Below are positions 36,906 to 46,096 of a stretch of 64,000 nt of DNA, one piece after another. Below the pieces are notes generated by a model. It was not told the DNA's origin. It did no database searches and saw only the letters and a list, made by a program, of their open reading frames with translations. Position numbers and translations under genes: made by a program. The stretch lies in contig JAQUPG010000002.1 of NCBI GenBank assembly GCA_028716725.1, positions 25,824-89,823 of the forward strand. The letters are read 5' to 3'. This DNA is from Patescibacteria group bacterium. GTDB taxonomy: Bacteria; Patescibacteriota; Patescibacteriia; Patescibacteriales; JAQTRU01. Every line of letters begins with the position of its first letter. Position 1 is the stretch's first letter.

Positions 36906-37667
36906 ATTTTCTAAATCTATTACTTCCCTCGCCAGCCGTTCATACGCTTTTCCGCCCCGCGACCCCGGGTCATAATGGAGGATTGAGCGGCCATAGCTCG
37001 GAGCCTCCGCCAATTTTACGCTTCGGGGAATTACCGAGCGGAAAACCCGATTAGGAAAATACTGGTATAACTCATGCATAACCGAAGAAGCTAAACGGTT
37101 TCTTCCGTCATACATGGTAATCACCGCTCCCATAATCCCCAGCTCCGGCTTTAAATTATTCTGCACCAAACCGATAGTTTCCAATAACTGCCCCACGCCT
37201 TCCAAGGCGTAATATTCGCTTTGGATTGGAATTAAAATTTCATCCGCCGCCACTAAGCTATTTATGGTTAAAAGGCCCAAAGAAGGCGGACCGTCAATTA
37301 TAATATAATCATATTCATCCTTTATATTTTCAAGAATTCGGGCCAGCCGATATTCCCGGTTTTCCATATTGACTAATTCTACCCCGGCTCCGGCTAAAGC
37401 TATGGTAGAAGGCGCGATTTTATACCCCTCCTGCAAAGTTCTCTTGGTAATTTCAAATATCGGTTTAGCCCCGATTATGGCTTCATAAATTCCGCTTTCC
37501 AAATTTTTATGGTCAATGCCCAAGCCGGAAGTGGCGTTAGCCTGCGGATCAATATCCACTAGCAAAACCTGCTTACCTAAAGCCGCCAGATAAGCGCCCA
37601 AATTCACGGCTGTCGTTGTCTTCCCTACCCCGCCTTTTTGGTTAACAATGGATATAATTTTTCCCAT
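36903..37667 (-). CDS. parA: Chromosome partitioning ATPase ParA/Soj
   Basis: NQKGGVGKTTT, DIDPQANATSGLG, EYYALEG, LAEAPSYG; start at MGKIIS. Confidence 0.97.
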   Translation of the reverse strand: MGKIISIVNQKGGVGKTTTAVNLGAYLAALGKQVLLVDIDPQANATSGLGIDHKNLESGIYEAIIGAKPIFEITKRTLQEGYKIAPSTIALAGAGVELVNMENREYRLARILENIKDEYDYIIIDGPPSLGLLTINSLVAADEILIPIQSEYYALEGVGQLLETIGLVQNNLKPELGIMGAVITMYDGRNRLASSVMHELYQYFPNRVFRSVIPRSVKLAEAPSYGRSILHYDPGSRGGKAYERLAREVIDLEN

Positions 37668-37699
37668 ACGTACTAATATTATATATGAAAAAAAATTCT

Positions 37700-37728
37700 T
37701 TGACAATTTTTCTTACTTTCATTATACT
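37700..37728 (+). promoter_or_regulatory. sigma70 promoter for tRNA-Leu (and possibly purB)
   Basis: TTGACA-17bp-TATACT. Confidence 0.7.
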
Positions 37729-37758
37729 AAAAGCAGTTTCAAAAATAGGCCCTGGTGG

Positions 37759-37847
37759 CCCGCCTCCGTCCCGAGCGTCGGGACTTCGGCGAGGCAAGCG
37801 GAACTGGCATGCCTCGCTGAAACCGGGCTTCAGCTCGGCGAGGCCGG
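37759..37847. repeat. Family B GC-rich palindromic cluster in the tRNA-Leu leader
   Basis: CCCGCCTCCGTCCCGAGCGTCGGGACTTCGGCGAGGCAAG and GCCTCGC..GCGAGGC. Confidence 0.75.
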
Positions 37848-37881
37848 TAAACGCGCACAATTAATTTAAAATACATTATAA

Positions 37882-37965
37882 GCCCTGGTGGCGGAACTGG
37901 TAGACGCGCACGACTCAAAATCGTGTGGACGCAAGTCCATGAGAGTTCGATTCTCTCCCTGGGCA
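37882..37965 (+). tRNA. tRNA-Leu(CAA)
   Basis: Anticodon arm CACGA-CTCAAAA-TCGTG, long variable arm GGAC-GCAA-GTCC, GTTCGATTC; CCA not encoded. Confidence 0.96.
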
Positions 37966-38116
37966 CGGATAATTTAAGATTTCAGATTCTAGAATTCAGA
38001 ATAAAAACAAACACAAAATCACAAGCCAAAACCAAGGGGGGGGTATTGGCTTTTTTGTTCATTGAGAATTGAATCAAACCAAGATAGACAAAAACATTTT
38101 AACGGGAGGTACGGAA

Positions 38117-39442
38117 ATGATTAAAAGATTTACACTGCCGGAAATGGGATCTTTGTGGACCGATCTTCACAAGAAAACCATGTGGTTCAAAGCTGAATTA
38201 GCGGGATTGTGGGCGAAAGCCAAGCATGGTGATTTTTCCATGGAAATCTATAATCTCGCCAGGAAAGTAAAAATCACGGAAGGCGTACTCGCTAGAGCTG
38301 ATGAAATCGAAAAAAAAGGAGACCATGATCTCATCGCGTTTGTTTTAGCAGTCACTGAACTGCTGAACGACCTGGTTAAGCCCTTTTTTCACACCGGCTT
38401 TACTTCATTTGATATTGAAGACACTGCCCTCGCTCTGATATTGCGTGATTGCCTTTCAATCATTCTGACAAAACTGAGGCGCCTCAGAAGTGTTTTGCTG
38501 GCGAGAGCTATTGAACATCGCTATACTCTGCAAATCGGCCGAACACATTTTATCCATGCTGAGCCGATAACTTTCGGATTCAAACTCTTGGGATGGGTTG
38601 ATGTGCTTGACCGTCATATCATAAGGCTTGAATCCTTACGTAAAGAAATCGCAATCGGCAAATTTTCCGGAGCCGTAGGTATGTATACTCTTGACCCGGA
38701 AATCGAGCGTTTGGCATGCAAACACCTCAGACTCCGGCCGGCAATGATTTCCACACAAATTATCAGCCGCGACATACTTGGTCATTATGCGGCTACTCTA
38801 GCGGGAATAGCTAACTCACTTGATCGCTTTGCGACTGAAATTAGACATCTCGCCGGCACGGATATCAGCGAAGTTGCCGAATTTAAGAGACCAGGGGCTA
38901 AGGGCTCTTCCGCAATGCCTGGAAAAAGTATGCTCCGCAACCCGATCAAAAGCGAGAATACTTGCGGGCTGGCAAGAGTCTCTAGAGGATACCTCATTCC
39001 TGCTTTCGAATGTGAGGTAACCTGGGGCGAAAGAACTCTCGAGAACTCGGCCGCTGAGCGCGTCTACCTCCCTGATTTGAGCATTACATTGGATTTTATG
39101 CTCAATCGTTTTGCCGAAGTTATGGAAAAACTCGAAGTCTTTCCTGCGCAAATGGAAAGAAATATTTGGCGAACAGGCGGTATTGTGTTCTCGCAACGTG
39201 TTATGATCAAACTCACCGAAAAGGGAATGCATCGCGATCAGGCATACGATCTGCTTGAAGCGCTCGCCTTGTCCGTTGAACGTGGCACTTTTACAACCGC
39301 AAATGGCGAATCTTTTAAAGATCTCGCATATGCAAATAACTCTATCGCGGGATTGTTATCTTGCGAGGAGTTAGACGAATGCTTTGATCCGAAATCGGCC
39401 CTGAAGCACATTGACGAAATCTTCTCAAGATTCGCAGTATAA
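38117..39442 (+). CDS. purB: Adenylosuccinate lyase
   Basis: HDLIAFV, H.G.TS.DIEDTA, GRTHFIHAEPITFG, SGAVG, GSSAMP.K...RNP..SE; GGAGGT SD before ATG 38117. Confidence 0.93.
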   Translation: MIKRFTLPEMGSLWTDLHKKTMWFKAELAGLWAKAKHGDFSMEIYNLARKVKITEGVLARADEIEKKGDHDLIAFVLAVTELLNDLVKPFFHTGFTSFDIEDTALALILRDCLSIILTKLRRLRSVLLARAIEHRYTLQIGRTHFIHAEPITFGFKLLGWVDVLDRHIIRLESLRKEIAIGKFSGAVGMYTLDPEIERLACKHLRLRPAMISTQIISRDILGHYAATLAGIANSLDRFATEIRHLAGTDISEVAEFKRPGAKGSSAMPGKSMLRNPIKSENTCGLARVSRGYLIPAFECEVTWGERTLENSAAERVYLPDLSITLDFMLNRFAEVMEKLEVFPAQMERNIWRTGGIVFSQRVMIKLTEKGMHRDQAYDLLEALALSVERGTFTTANGESFKDLAYANNSIAGLLSCEELDECFDPKSALKHIDEIFSRFAV

Positions 39443-39462
39443 ACACAATTCTGGAATTTTCG

Positions 39463-39496
39463 AGCGGCCTCCGACTTATCGGAAGCCGCTTTTTTT
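39463..39496 (+). terminator. Intrinsic terminator after purB
   Basis: AGCGGC.TCCGA-loop-TCGGA.GCCGCT then T tract. Confidence 0.8.
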
Positions 39497-39510
39497 ATTT
39501 CCTAAACAAT

Positions 39511-39546
39511 CCCCTCTCCTGGCTAGGAGAGGGGCAGGGGTGAGGT
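39511..39546. repeat. Family C palindromic element
   Basis: CCCCTCTCCT-GGCT-AGGAGAGGGG-CAGGGGTGAGGT. Confidence 0.8.
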
Positions 39547-39701
39547 AGTTGCTTTTTTATAAAAAGTCTGATAAAGTAAAGAAAGAAAAAACACATAAAA
39601 TAAACTAACTAAGGAGGTTAGTTTTTTGTTCCTTAGAATTAAATAATTCACTATAAGTACAACTGGAAAAATTAACAGTCTAACCGAGAGGCAGGAAAAC
39701 C

Positions 39702-40238
39702 ATGGAACAAGAACGGGTTTTAGTTATCGAAGGCAGCGAAAGCGACAACCCGAAAACCAATGAATTTCTGAAAATTCTGGAAGCATGTAACGTAAAATAT
39801 CATGCTCTCGTCGCATCCGCCCATGTGCATGCCGGTCAGGATTTCTTCAATTTTGTCGCAAGCCTTCCGGAAAGATTCATAGTCTTTATCGGAGGCATGT
39901 CCCTGGTGGCGCCAGGAATAATTTCCAGAACGCGCTACAATATGGGCAGATATGATACCATGGTTTTCGGGGTACCAACTGATCCCGAGGCTCGAAGTGC
40001 AGTTGAGGTTCTACCCCAAGGAACATTTGTGCTTACTTCAGGGCTGAACACCGTTAGTCCTACACATGGCATTCAGAACAATGCTCTGGCAGTCGCCCAC
40101 TTCGTTTTTATAGTCACGGGCGATACGGACATTGGCGAAGGGCTCACAGCCTGGTATAAAAACATGAAGGAGAAAAAACCGATTAAAAAGTTTGAACTGG
40201 ATAAAGATGGTCTTATCCCTGAAAAAGAAAAGAAGTAA
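39702..40238 (+). CDS. purE: PurE-like (AIR carboxylase family) protein, divergent
   Basis: GSESD, VASAH, VFGVP, LPQG, NNALAV align with PurE motifs; lies between purB and purC. Confidence 0.75.
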   Translation: MEQERVLVIEGSESDNPKTNEFLKILEACNVKYHALVASAHVHAGQDFFNFVASLPERFIVFIGGMSLVAPGIISRTRYNMGRYDTMVFGVPTDPEARSAVEVLPQGTFVLTSGLNTVSPTHGIQNNALAVAHFVFIVTGDTDIGEGLTAWYKNMKEKKPIKKFELDKDGLIPEKEKK

Positions 40239-40310
40239 AACTACCCATCACCAGAACCCTTGCCGAAGCTTTAAAAGCGGCTTAAGGGCAAAACCTGAAA
40301 GGAGTAAATC

Positions 40311-41210
40311 ATGGAACTGGCACCCGTACTGCTTCGAACTGACATCCCGGTTCTACAAAATCCGGGCAGAGGAAAGGTCCGCGATATTTACGATCTGGGC
40401 GGCCACCTTCTGATTGTCACCACGGACCGCATCAGTGCCTTTGACTGCATTCTGCCCACCGGCATTCCGGGTAAAGGCGGAGTTCTCAATACCATGTCGG
40501 CTTTCTGGTTCGAATTCGTGAAAGATATCGTCCCCAGCCATCTCGTTACCACAGACATCCACGGCTTCGCGAAAAAATTCTCGCCGGAACTTGTACCTTT
40601 TCTCGACCAGCTCAAAGGCCGGTCAATGATCGTCCGCAAAGCCCAACGCATTGATGTGGAATGCATCGTGCGCGGCTATCTTTCCGGAAGCGGCTGGAAA
40701 GAATATAAAAAGAGCGGAACCGTCTGCGGTATTCCCCTCCCAGCCGGCCTGGTCGAATCGGACCGGCTTCCTCAGGCCATTTTTACCCCTTCCACCAAGG
40801 CCGAAAACGGGCATGATGAAAATGTCAGCTTCGACATCGTCGTCAAGATGATCGGCCAGCCGCTGGCGGAGAAAATCCGCGACCTCTCGCTCGCCGTGTA
40901 CGAAAAGGCACGGGCCTATGCCGAAACCAAGGGCATTATCATTGCCGATACAAAATTCGAATTCGGGGAGGTGGACGGCCAGACAATTCTGATCGACGAA
41001 ATTCTCTCCCCGGATTCATCGCGGTTCTGGCCGAAAGCGCTTTACCGTCCGGGCGGCCCGCAGATGTCGTTCGACAAGCAATATGTTCGCGACTGGCTCG
41101 AAGCCGTCGGCTGGAATAAAGAGCAGGATACGGCGCCCGAATTGCCGCCCGAAATCGTCGCCAAGACCACGGAGAAATACCAGGAAGCTCTCAAACTCCT
41201 TGTGCCATAG
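40311..41210 (+). CDS. purC: SAICAR synthetase
   Basis: [58 protein letters not shown]. Confidence 0.98.
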   Translation: MELAPVLLRTDIPVLQNPGRGKVRDIYDLGGHLLIVTTDRISAFDCILPTGIPGKGGVLNTMSAFWFEFVKDIVPSHLVTTDIHGFAKKFSPELVPFLDQLKGRSMIVRKAQRIDVECIVRGYLSGSGWKEYKKSGTVCGIPLPAGLVESDRLPQAIFTPSTKAENGHDENVSFDIVVKMIGQPLAEKIRDLSLAVYEKARAYAETKGIIIADTKFEFGEVDGQTILIDEILSPDSSRFWPKALYRPGGPQMSFDKQYVRDWLEAVGWNKEQDTAPELPPEIVAKTTEKYQEALKLLVP

Positions 41211-41230
41211 GAGGATAATTTTACAAAAAC

Positions 41231-41263
41231 AAAGCACCGAATCTACGGAAACGGTGCTTTTTT
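41231..41263 (+). terminator. Intrinsic (probably bidirectional) terminator
   Basis: AAAGCACCG-loop-CGGTGCTTT TTT between convergent genes. Confidence 0.8.
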
Positions 41264-41321
41264 ATTTTATAAAATTCTTCTATTTCTAAATACTAAATAC
41301 TATATACTAGATACTCATTCC

Positions 41322-43610
41322 CTACTTTTCCAGCTCCTCTACCTTTTTCTTAATTTCCGCGTTATTCGGATTTAACTCCAAGACTTTTTTAAAATATTCT
41401 AAAGCTAATTTGTCTTCGCCTTTTAATTCTAAAGCCAAGCCAATACTGTAAAGGGCGTTAGAGTGAACCGGATTAATTTCAATCACTTTCAAAAATTTGT
41501 CTAAAGCTTTATCAGTTTCTCCCTGGTTATAATATAATCTCCCCTGCTCATAATAAATTCGCTCGTCTTTATAAATCTTGCCTAGCTGGTCTAAAATCCC
41601 CAAGGCCTCATTGGTTTTTCCCTGCTTGCCATAAAGCTGGGCCAGGGCGAAATCAGCTTCATGATAATTATTTTTAAGTTCCAGCGCCTTCTTCAGGGAT
41701 TGCTCGGCTTCGTCCAGTTGACCGGCATCCAAATAAGCCTTGCCTAATTCCGTTATAATTACCGGATTGGACGGCTCCAGGGAAGAAGCCTGGTTAAAAG
41801 ATTTAGCCGCCCAAATTTCACTGCCCTGAGTAAAGGATCCTATGTCGCGGTAAACCATACCTAAGGTTTCCCAGGCAGCCACGGCCCTAGGAGAAATTCT
41901 GGTCGCTTCCTTGGCCCAGGCCACACTGCTGTTAATCGACTTCTGGATTAATTCGTCATCCCTAAAATCAGCCGGCTTTAAAGCTTCACTCCTTATTTTA
42001 TTAAGGTAAGTTTTAGCTAAACGGATATCATAATCGCCTTGATAAGAATTTAGCCGGGCGGATTTAATTAAATTAGTTTCGCCTCCGGCCCGGGCGTAAA
42101 AATCAGCCAGCCAGTAGCGGATGGTAAAGCCGGCTAAAACGAGCCAGGCGGAAAAAAAGAAAAACGCTCCAATCTCAAGTATCTTAAAAAAAAATTTTTC
42201 TCCTTCTAATTTTATCTCTTTAAATACCAGCCAGCCCGGATAAACCCGCCAGGAAACCATTAAAAGGGCCAGCATCAGCCAAAACAAGAATAAGGTGGAA
42301 GTGCTGGCATAATAGGAAAACTGGAAAAAGATTAAAACTAAAAGCGCCACCAGCAAAAAGGAAGCCGGGCCGCTTTCCTCTTCTCCGCTCCCCCTTTTTA
42401 AAAAAATAAAAATTAAATAAAAAAGGGATGATAAGATAAGAAGATAACTTAAAATTCCCAGGATTCCTATAGTCCCAAGCATCTCCAGGATAGAGGAAGC
42501 GCCATGGTCAAACCTGAACTGCCAAAGGTCCGTGTTGTTTAAACTATCCGGGCGATACAGGGAAAAAATATAGGAAAACGTCCCGGGTCCGCTGCCTAAT
42601 ATTATGTTTTCCTTAAAGGCCGGAAAGATAACGGAGGCGGTGTCTTTAAAGCCAAGATTTATTTCCGGGGAAAGGTCCTGACCGGTTAGATATTTGCCCA
42701 TTCCGCTTAAACGAGCGGGGAAAATTAAAAACGCCGCGGCTAAAATGATAAAAAGAGAAAAAAATAAAACCTTTCTCTTATTTAACCCGCCAACCTTAAA
42801 TCCGGCGTTCCTTAATTCCAAAAAAATAAACAGGCAGCCGACGATTGCCAGCCCCTGCCAGGCCAAGGAAAAATTTACTATTACCAAAAAAATCAAGGAA
42901 AAAAATAAAATTATTCTAAACAGCCAGATGCTTGCCCCGTTAGAAATAACGCCCCCACTGGAATTTCTAACGGGGCTTGCCTTTTTGGCCCCGTCCCGGC
43001 GGCAGCAAAATATTATTCCCGGCAGCACCGCCATCATCACAACGCTGTAAAGCGCCAGCATCTCCAGGGAGCCACCAAGAAAATTAAAGTTTAAGGAAAA
43101 GAAAGTATTTGTTTTCTGGAGCAGCTTGTCCCATAATCCAAAAACGGAAAGAAAGGCGGAAAGAAGAATTAAGACATAAGAATAAAGCAACAATTTCAAT
43201 AAAGAAAGAGGAGTTAGGCGCCCGTCCGCATTGGCTAAATTAACAATTAAAAAATAAAAAATGGCCAAAGCCAGAAGGCCGAACCAGGCGTTGCCAGCCG
43301 CGCCGGAATAACCGAAAAAAGAAGCCAACCGGTCCTGGCTGAAAATACTGGACAACAGGGTAAAAATTAAAAAAGTCAGAATCGGAATATCAAGGGGCGT
43401 ACGCTTAAATATTATTTTCTTCTCAAATTTAACCATCTTCACCAGCCATAAAACCGCGGCCAGAATCCCCGCCAGCCAGAGCAGAGCCTGCTTGTTAAAT
43501 TCAAAAAATTCCAGCGTCCAAGGCAAAAAAAACAAAGGTAAAAAGAAGACCAAACCCTTTACTAAATAAATAACCAAATTGTTTAAAATAACGTCAAAAC
43601 GATTGGACAT
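41322..43610 (-). CDS. O-antigen ligase-like polytopic membrane protein with C-terminal TPR repeats
   Basis: KRTPLDIPIL, ILGSGPGTF, many TM helices, TPR repeats; paralog of 18806-21265. Confidence 0.8.
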   Translation of the reverse strand: MSNRFDVILNNLVIYLVKGLVFFLPLFFLPWTLEFFEFNKQALLWLAGILAAVLWLVKMVKFEKKIIFKRTPLDIPILTFLIFTLLSSIFSQDRLASFFGYSGAAGNAWFGLLALAIFYFLIVNLANADGRLTPLSLLKLLLYSYVLILLSAFLSVFGLWDKLLQKTNTFFSLNFNFLGGSLEMLALYSVVMMAVLPGIIFCCRRDGAKKASPVRNSSGGVISNGASIWLFRIILFFSLIFLVIVNFSLAWQGLAIVGCLFIFLELRNAGFKVGGLNKRKVLFFSLFIILAAAFLIFPARLSGMGKYLTGQDLSPEINLGFKDTASVIFPAFKENIILGSGPGTFSYIFSLYRPDSLNNTDLWQFRFDHGASSILEMLGTIGILGILSYLLILSSLFYLIFIFLKRGSGEEESGPASFLLVALLVLIFFQFSYYASTSTLFLFWLMLALLMVSWRVYPGWLVFKEIKLEGEKFFFKILEIGAFFFFSAWLVLAGFTIRYWLADFYARAGGETNLIKSARLNSYQGDYDIRLAKTYLNKIRSEALKPADFRDDELIQKSINSSVAWAKEATRISPRAVAAWETLGMVYRDIGSFTQGSEIWAAKSFNQASSLEPSNPVIITELGKAYLDAGQLDEAEQSLKKALELKNNYHEADFALAQLYGKQGKTNEALGILDQLGKIYKDERIYYEQGRLYYNQGETDKALDKFLKVIEINPVHSNALYSIGLALELKGEDKLALEYFKKVLELNPNNAEIKKKVEELEK
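42935..42975. mobile_element. Family A element in frame in the TPR membrane protein gene
   Basis: CCCCGTTAGAAAT...ATTTCTAACGGGG, 41 bp, perfect CTTG/CTTG duplication; encodes SPVRNSSGGVISNGA. Confidence 0.88.
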
Positions 43611-43631
43611 ATCTAAAAAATATTTTTTATT

Positions 43632-44684
43632 TTAAACTTCTCTCCCCTCCCCCGCTTTTTTCCCCTCAAACATGTCTTTCAGGAAAACGCCGACGGCGGT
43701 CGCAACCGGAAGGGACAAAATCGCCCCGATAATACCGGCGACTTTAAAGCCAACCAATAAAACCACGATGCTGACAATCGGGTTTAAGCCCACTACCTTC
43801 TGCATCAACTTCGGCACAATAATGTGGTTTTCCATCATTTGGATAATATAATAAAGGGCCAATGTAAATAAAGCGAGCATGGGCGACTGGGTAAAAGCTA
43901 AAAATATGGCCGGGATAGACGCCAAAATCGGCCCCAAATAAGGAATAAATTCGGTCAGTCCGGCGATTAAAGCCAAAGTTAAAGCATAATTTACTCCCAA
44001 GATAGAAAGCCCTAGAAATGTTAAGGCAAATATTATCAAGGAAAGGATTAATTGGCCGCGCAGCCAAAGCCCGATTTTTCTCTGCATCCGGCTGATTAGC
44101 TGCATAATATAGGGCTGATATTCTTCCGGTGCTAACGACCAGATAATCTTCTTCATCGCGCTTTCTTCAACCACCATATAAAAAGTCATGACTAAAATCA
44201 GGAAAAAAGAAAGAACGCCACCTACGATTCCGGAAACAGTCGAAAAGACTCCGCCGGCCGCCCTTTCTAGATTAGCGCTAAAAGTGCCCAAACTGTCTTT
44301 AATATTATCCAAAACGCCGTGCTGGCTGGCATATTCCTTAAAGGCGGAAGCTCCGGAAATTATTTTCTCCAGATAGTGAGGGAAAGTTACTGATAATTCT
44401 CTAACCTGGCTGATAATCGGCGGAATGATAAGATAAAAAGCGGCGCTGACAATAACAAACAGAGTAAAATAAATTAAAATTATGCCTATCCCGCGGGGTA
44501 TTTTTTTCTTATGCATCCAATCAATCCACGGCTCGAGGGCGCTGGCCAGTATCAAAGAGATGAAAATAATAACCAAAATCTCCCTTACCAGATAGAGAAA
44601 GTAAAGCGCCAACAATATTAAAATAGCTTTTACGATGGTTACCGTAGAAATACTAATATTAATTGGCCTTTTGCTTATTTCCAT
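43632..44684 (-). CDS. AI-2E family transporter
   Basis: WLRGQLIL, FIPYLGP, ENHIIVPKLM..VGLNP, LPVATA. Confidence 0.93.
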   Translation of the reverse strand: MEISKRPINISISTVTIVKAILILLALYFLYLVREILVIIFISLILASALEPWIDWMHKKKIPRGIGIILIYFTLFVIVSAAFYLIIPPIISQVRELSVTFPHYLEKIISGASAFKEYASQHGVLDNIKDSLGTFSANLERAAGGVFSTVSGIVGGVLSFFLILVMTFYMVVEESAMKKIIWSLAPEEYQPYIMQLISRMQRKIGLWLRGQLILSLIIFALTFLGLSILGVNYALTLALIAGLTEFIPYLGPILASIPAIFLAFTQSPMLALFTLALYYIIQMMENHIIVPKLMQKVVGLNPIVSIVVLLVGFKVAGIIGAILSLPVATAVGVFLKDMFEGKKAGEGREV

Positions 44685-44744
44685 ACGGATATTAATTAAT
44701 TTTAGAGATGATTATATTATAAAGCATATTGCGTAATAACACAA

Positions 44745-44789
44745 TTGACGCCTGAATATTTAGGTGATATTATTTTATAACGCTCTTTA
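44745..44789 (+). promoter_or_regulatory. sigma70 promoter plus boxA-like element upstream of lysC
   Basis: TTGACG-17bp-TATTAT with extended TG; CGCTCTTTA at 44781. Confidence 0.6.
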
Positions 44790-44819
44790 GACAAAAAACC
44801 TTTACTATAGGAGGGACTC

Positions 44820-46043
44820 ATGTCTCTAATCGTGCAAAAGTGCGGCGGCACTTCGGTGGCTACTCCGGAAAAAATCGGAAAAGTGGCGGACCATATAAGG
44901 CGCTGCCGGGAAAACGGAAATGATATCGTTGTTGTTGTTTCGGCTATGGGAGAAGAAACCGACAGGCTTATTGATCTGGCCAAAGGAATAAGCCCAAATC
45001 CTGACGAACGGGAAATGGACCAACTTCTGCAAACCGGAGAGGTGGTTTCAGCCGCCTTGCTGGCCATGGCTCTTAACGGTAAGGGGACGCCGGCTAAAAG
45101 TTTAACCGCGGCCCAGATTGGCCTTGTCGCTGCCGGCGAGTTCGGAAAGGCAAGGATAAAATCCTTAAAAAACCGGGCACTCATAAGAAACCAGTTAAAA
45201 CAGGGAAAAGTAGTCATTATCGCCGGATTTCAGGGTATCTCCGAAAAAGGCCTAGACATAATTACTTTAGGCCGGGGCGGATCCGACACTACGGCCGTGG
45301 CTTTAGCCGCTTTCCTGAAGGCCAAGGTCTGTGAAATCTATACGGACGTTGACGGCGTTTATACAATTGATCCGCGTTTAGTGCCTAACGCCCGCCGTTT
45401 TGACATAGTCTCCTACGAGCAAATGATTGCTATGTCTGTGGCCGGAGCTGGCGTGCTAATGGACAGGGCTGTTATATTGGCCAAGATGTATGGCGTGAAG
45501 ATCAGAGTGCTAGTTTCCCCCAGTATTAAGGAAAGCACTGGCGGCACTTTAGTTACCGCTACCAGCGGCAACATCTCTGATCTGGAAAAAACCGCCGACC
45601 AAAGCGGAATAGCTATAAAAAAAGAGGTTGGCTGTATCCATGTCTTTGGCATCCCCGATGAGCCTGGAAAAGCCGCGGAAATTTCCTCCCCCCTTGAAAA
45701 AATAAATGTAATTGACATTGCCCAAAGCCGAGGAGCGGGAACTGCGCAAATTTCTTTTCTCCTGGACGTGGCAACGGCAGAAAAAGTTTTCCCGAACATG
45801 GAGAAAATGGGGGGAGCAGAAACCGCCTTGCGCCAAGGACTTGTAGCTATCTCTCTTGTCGATCTGGCCATGAAAGAAACGGCTAACTATTTCCGGAGAA
45901 TTGCCAAGGTGCTGGGAGATAACGGCATAAACATTGAATTCATCTCCACTAGCCAGACCGGAATCACGATGGCGATTTCTGACAAATACCTGAACAAGGC
46001 TGCTCAAGCTTTAGCCCGAGAATTTGACCTTTTGTCGTCTTGA
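44820..46043 (+). CDS. lysC: Aspartate kinase
   Basis: VQKCGGTSV, VVVSAMG, TLGRGGSDTTAVA, YTDVDGVYT.DPR, two ACT domains. Confidence 0.96.
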   Translation: MSLIVQKCGGTSVATPEKIGKVADHIRRCRENGNDIVVVVSAMGEETDRLIDLAKGISPNPDEREMDQLLQTGEVVSAALLAMALNGKGTPAKSLTAAQIGLVAAGEFGKARIKSLKNRALIRNQLKQGKVVIIAGFQGISEKGLDIITLGRGGSDTTAVALAAFLKAKVCEIYTDVDGVYTIDPRLVPNARRFDIVSYEQMIAMSVAGAGVLMDRAVILAKMYGVKIRVLVSPSIKESTGGTLVTATSGNISDLEKTADQSGIAIKKEVGCIHVFGIPDEPGKAAEISSPLEKINVIDIAQSRGAGTAQISFLLDVATAEKVFPNMEKMGGAETALRQGLVAISLVDLAMKETANYFRRIAKVLGDNGINIEFISTSQTGITMAISDKYLNKAAQALAREFDLLSS

Positions 46044-46047
46044 TACA

Positions 46048-46083
46048 ATAGCCCACCCGCTTTTAACCGGTGGGCTATTTTTT
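46048..46083 (+). terminator. Intrinsic terminator
   Basis: AATAGCCCACC-loop-GGTGGGCTATT TTTT. Confidence 0.85.
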
Positions 46084-46096
46084 ATTTTTAAAATTT

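Noticed and set aside
35887-37667. parS sites near parAB
   Set aside because: No convincing TGTTTCACGTGAAACA-like palindrome found by eye.
37642-37966. Short ORFs 37642-37860, 37648-37869 and 37739-37966
   Set aside because: They overlap tRNA-Leu, the parA start and stop-poor GC palindromes; likely spurious.
13176-42975. Family A repeats as integron attC sites (GTTAGA/TCTAAC cores)
   Set aside because: The orientation is GTT...AAC, the reverse of attC (RYYYAAC...GTTRRRY); copies lie inside genes, have 4-bp duplications, and no integrase is present.
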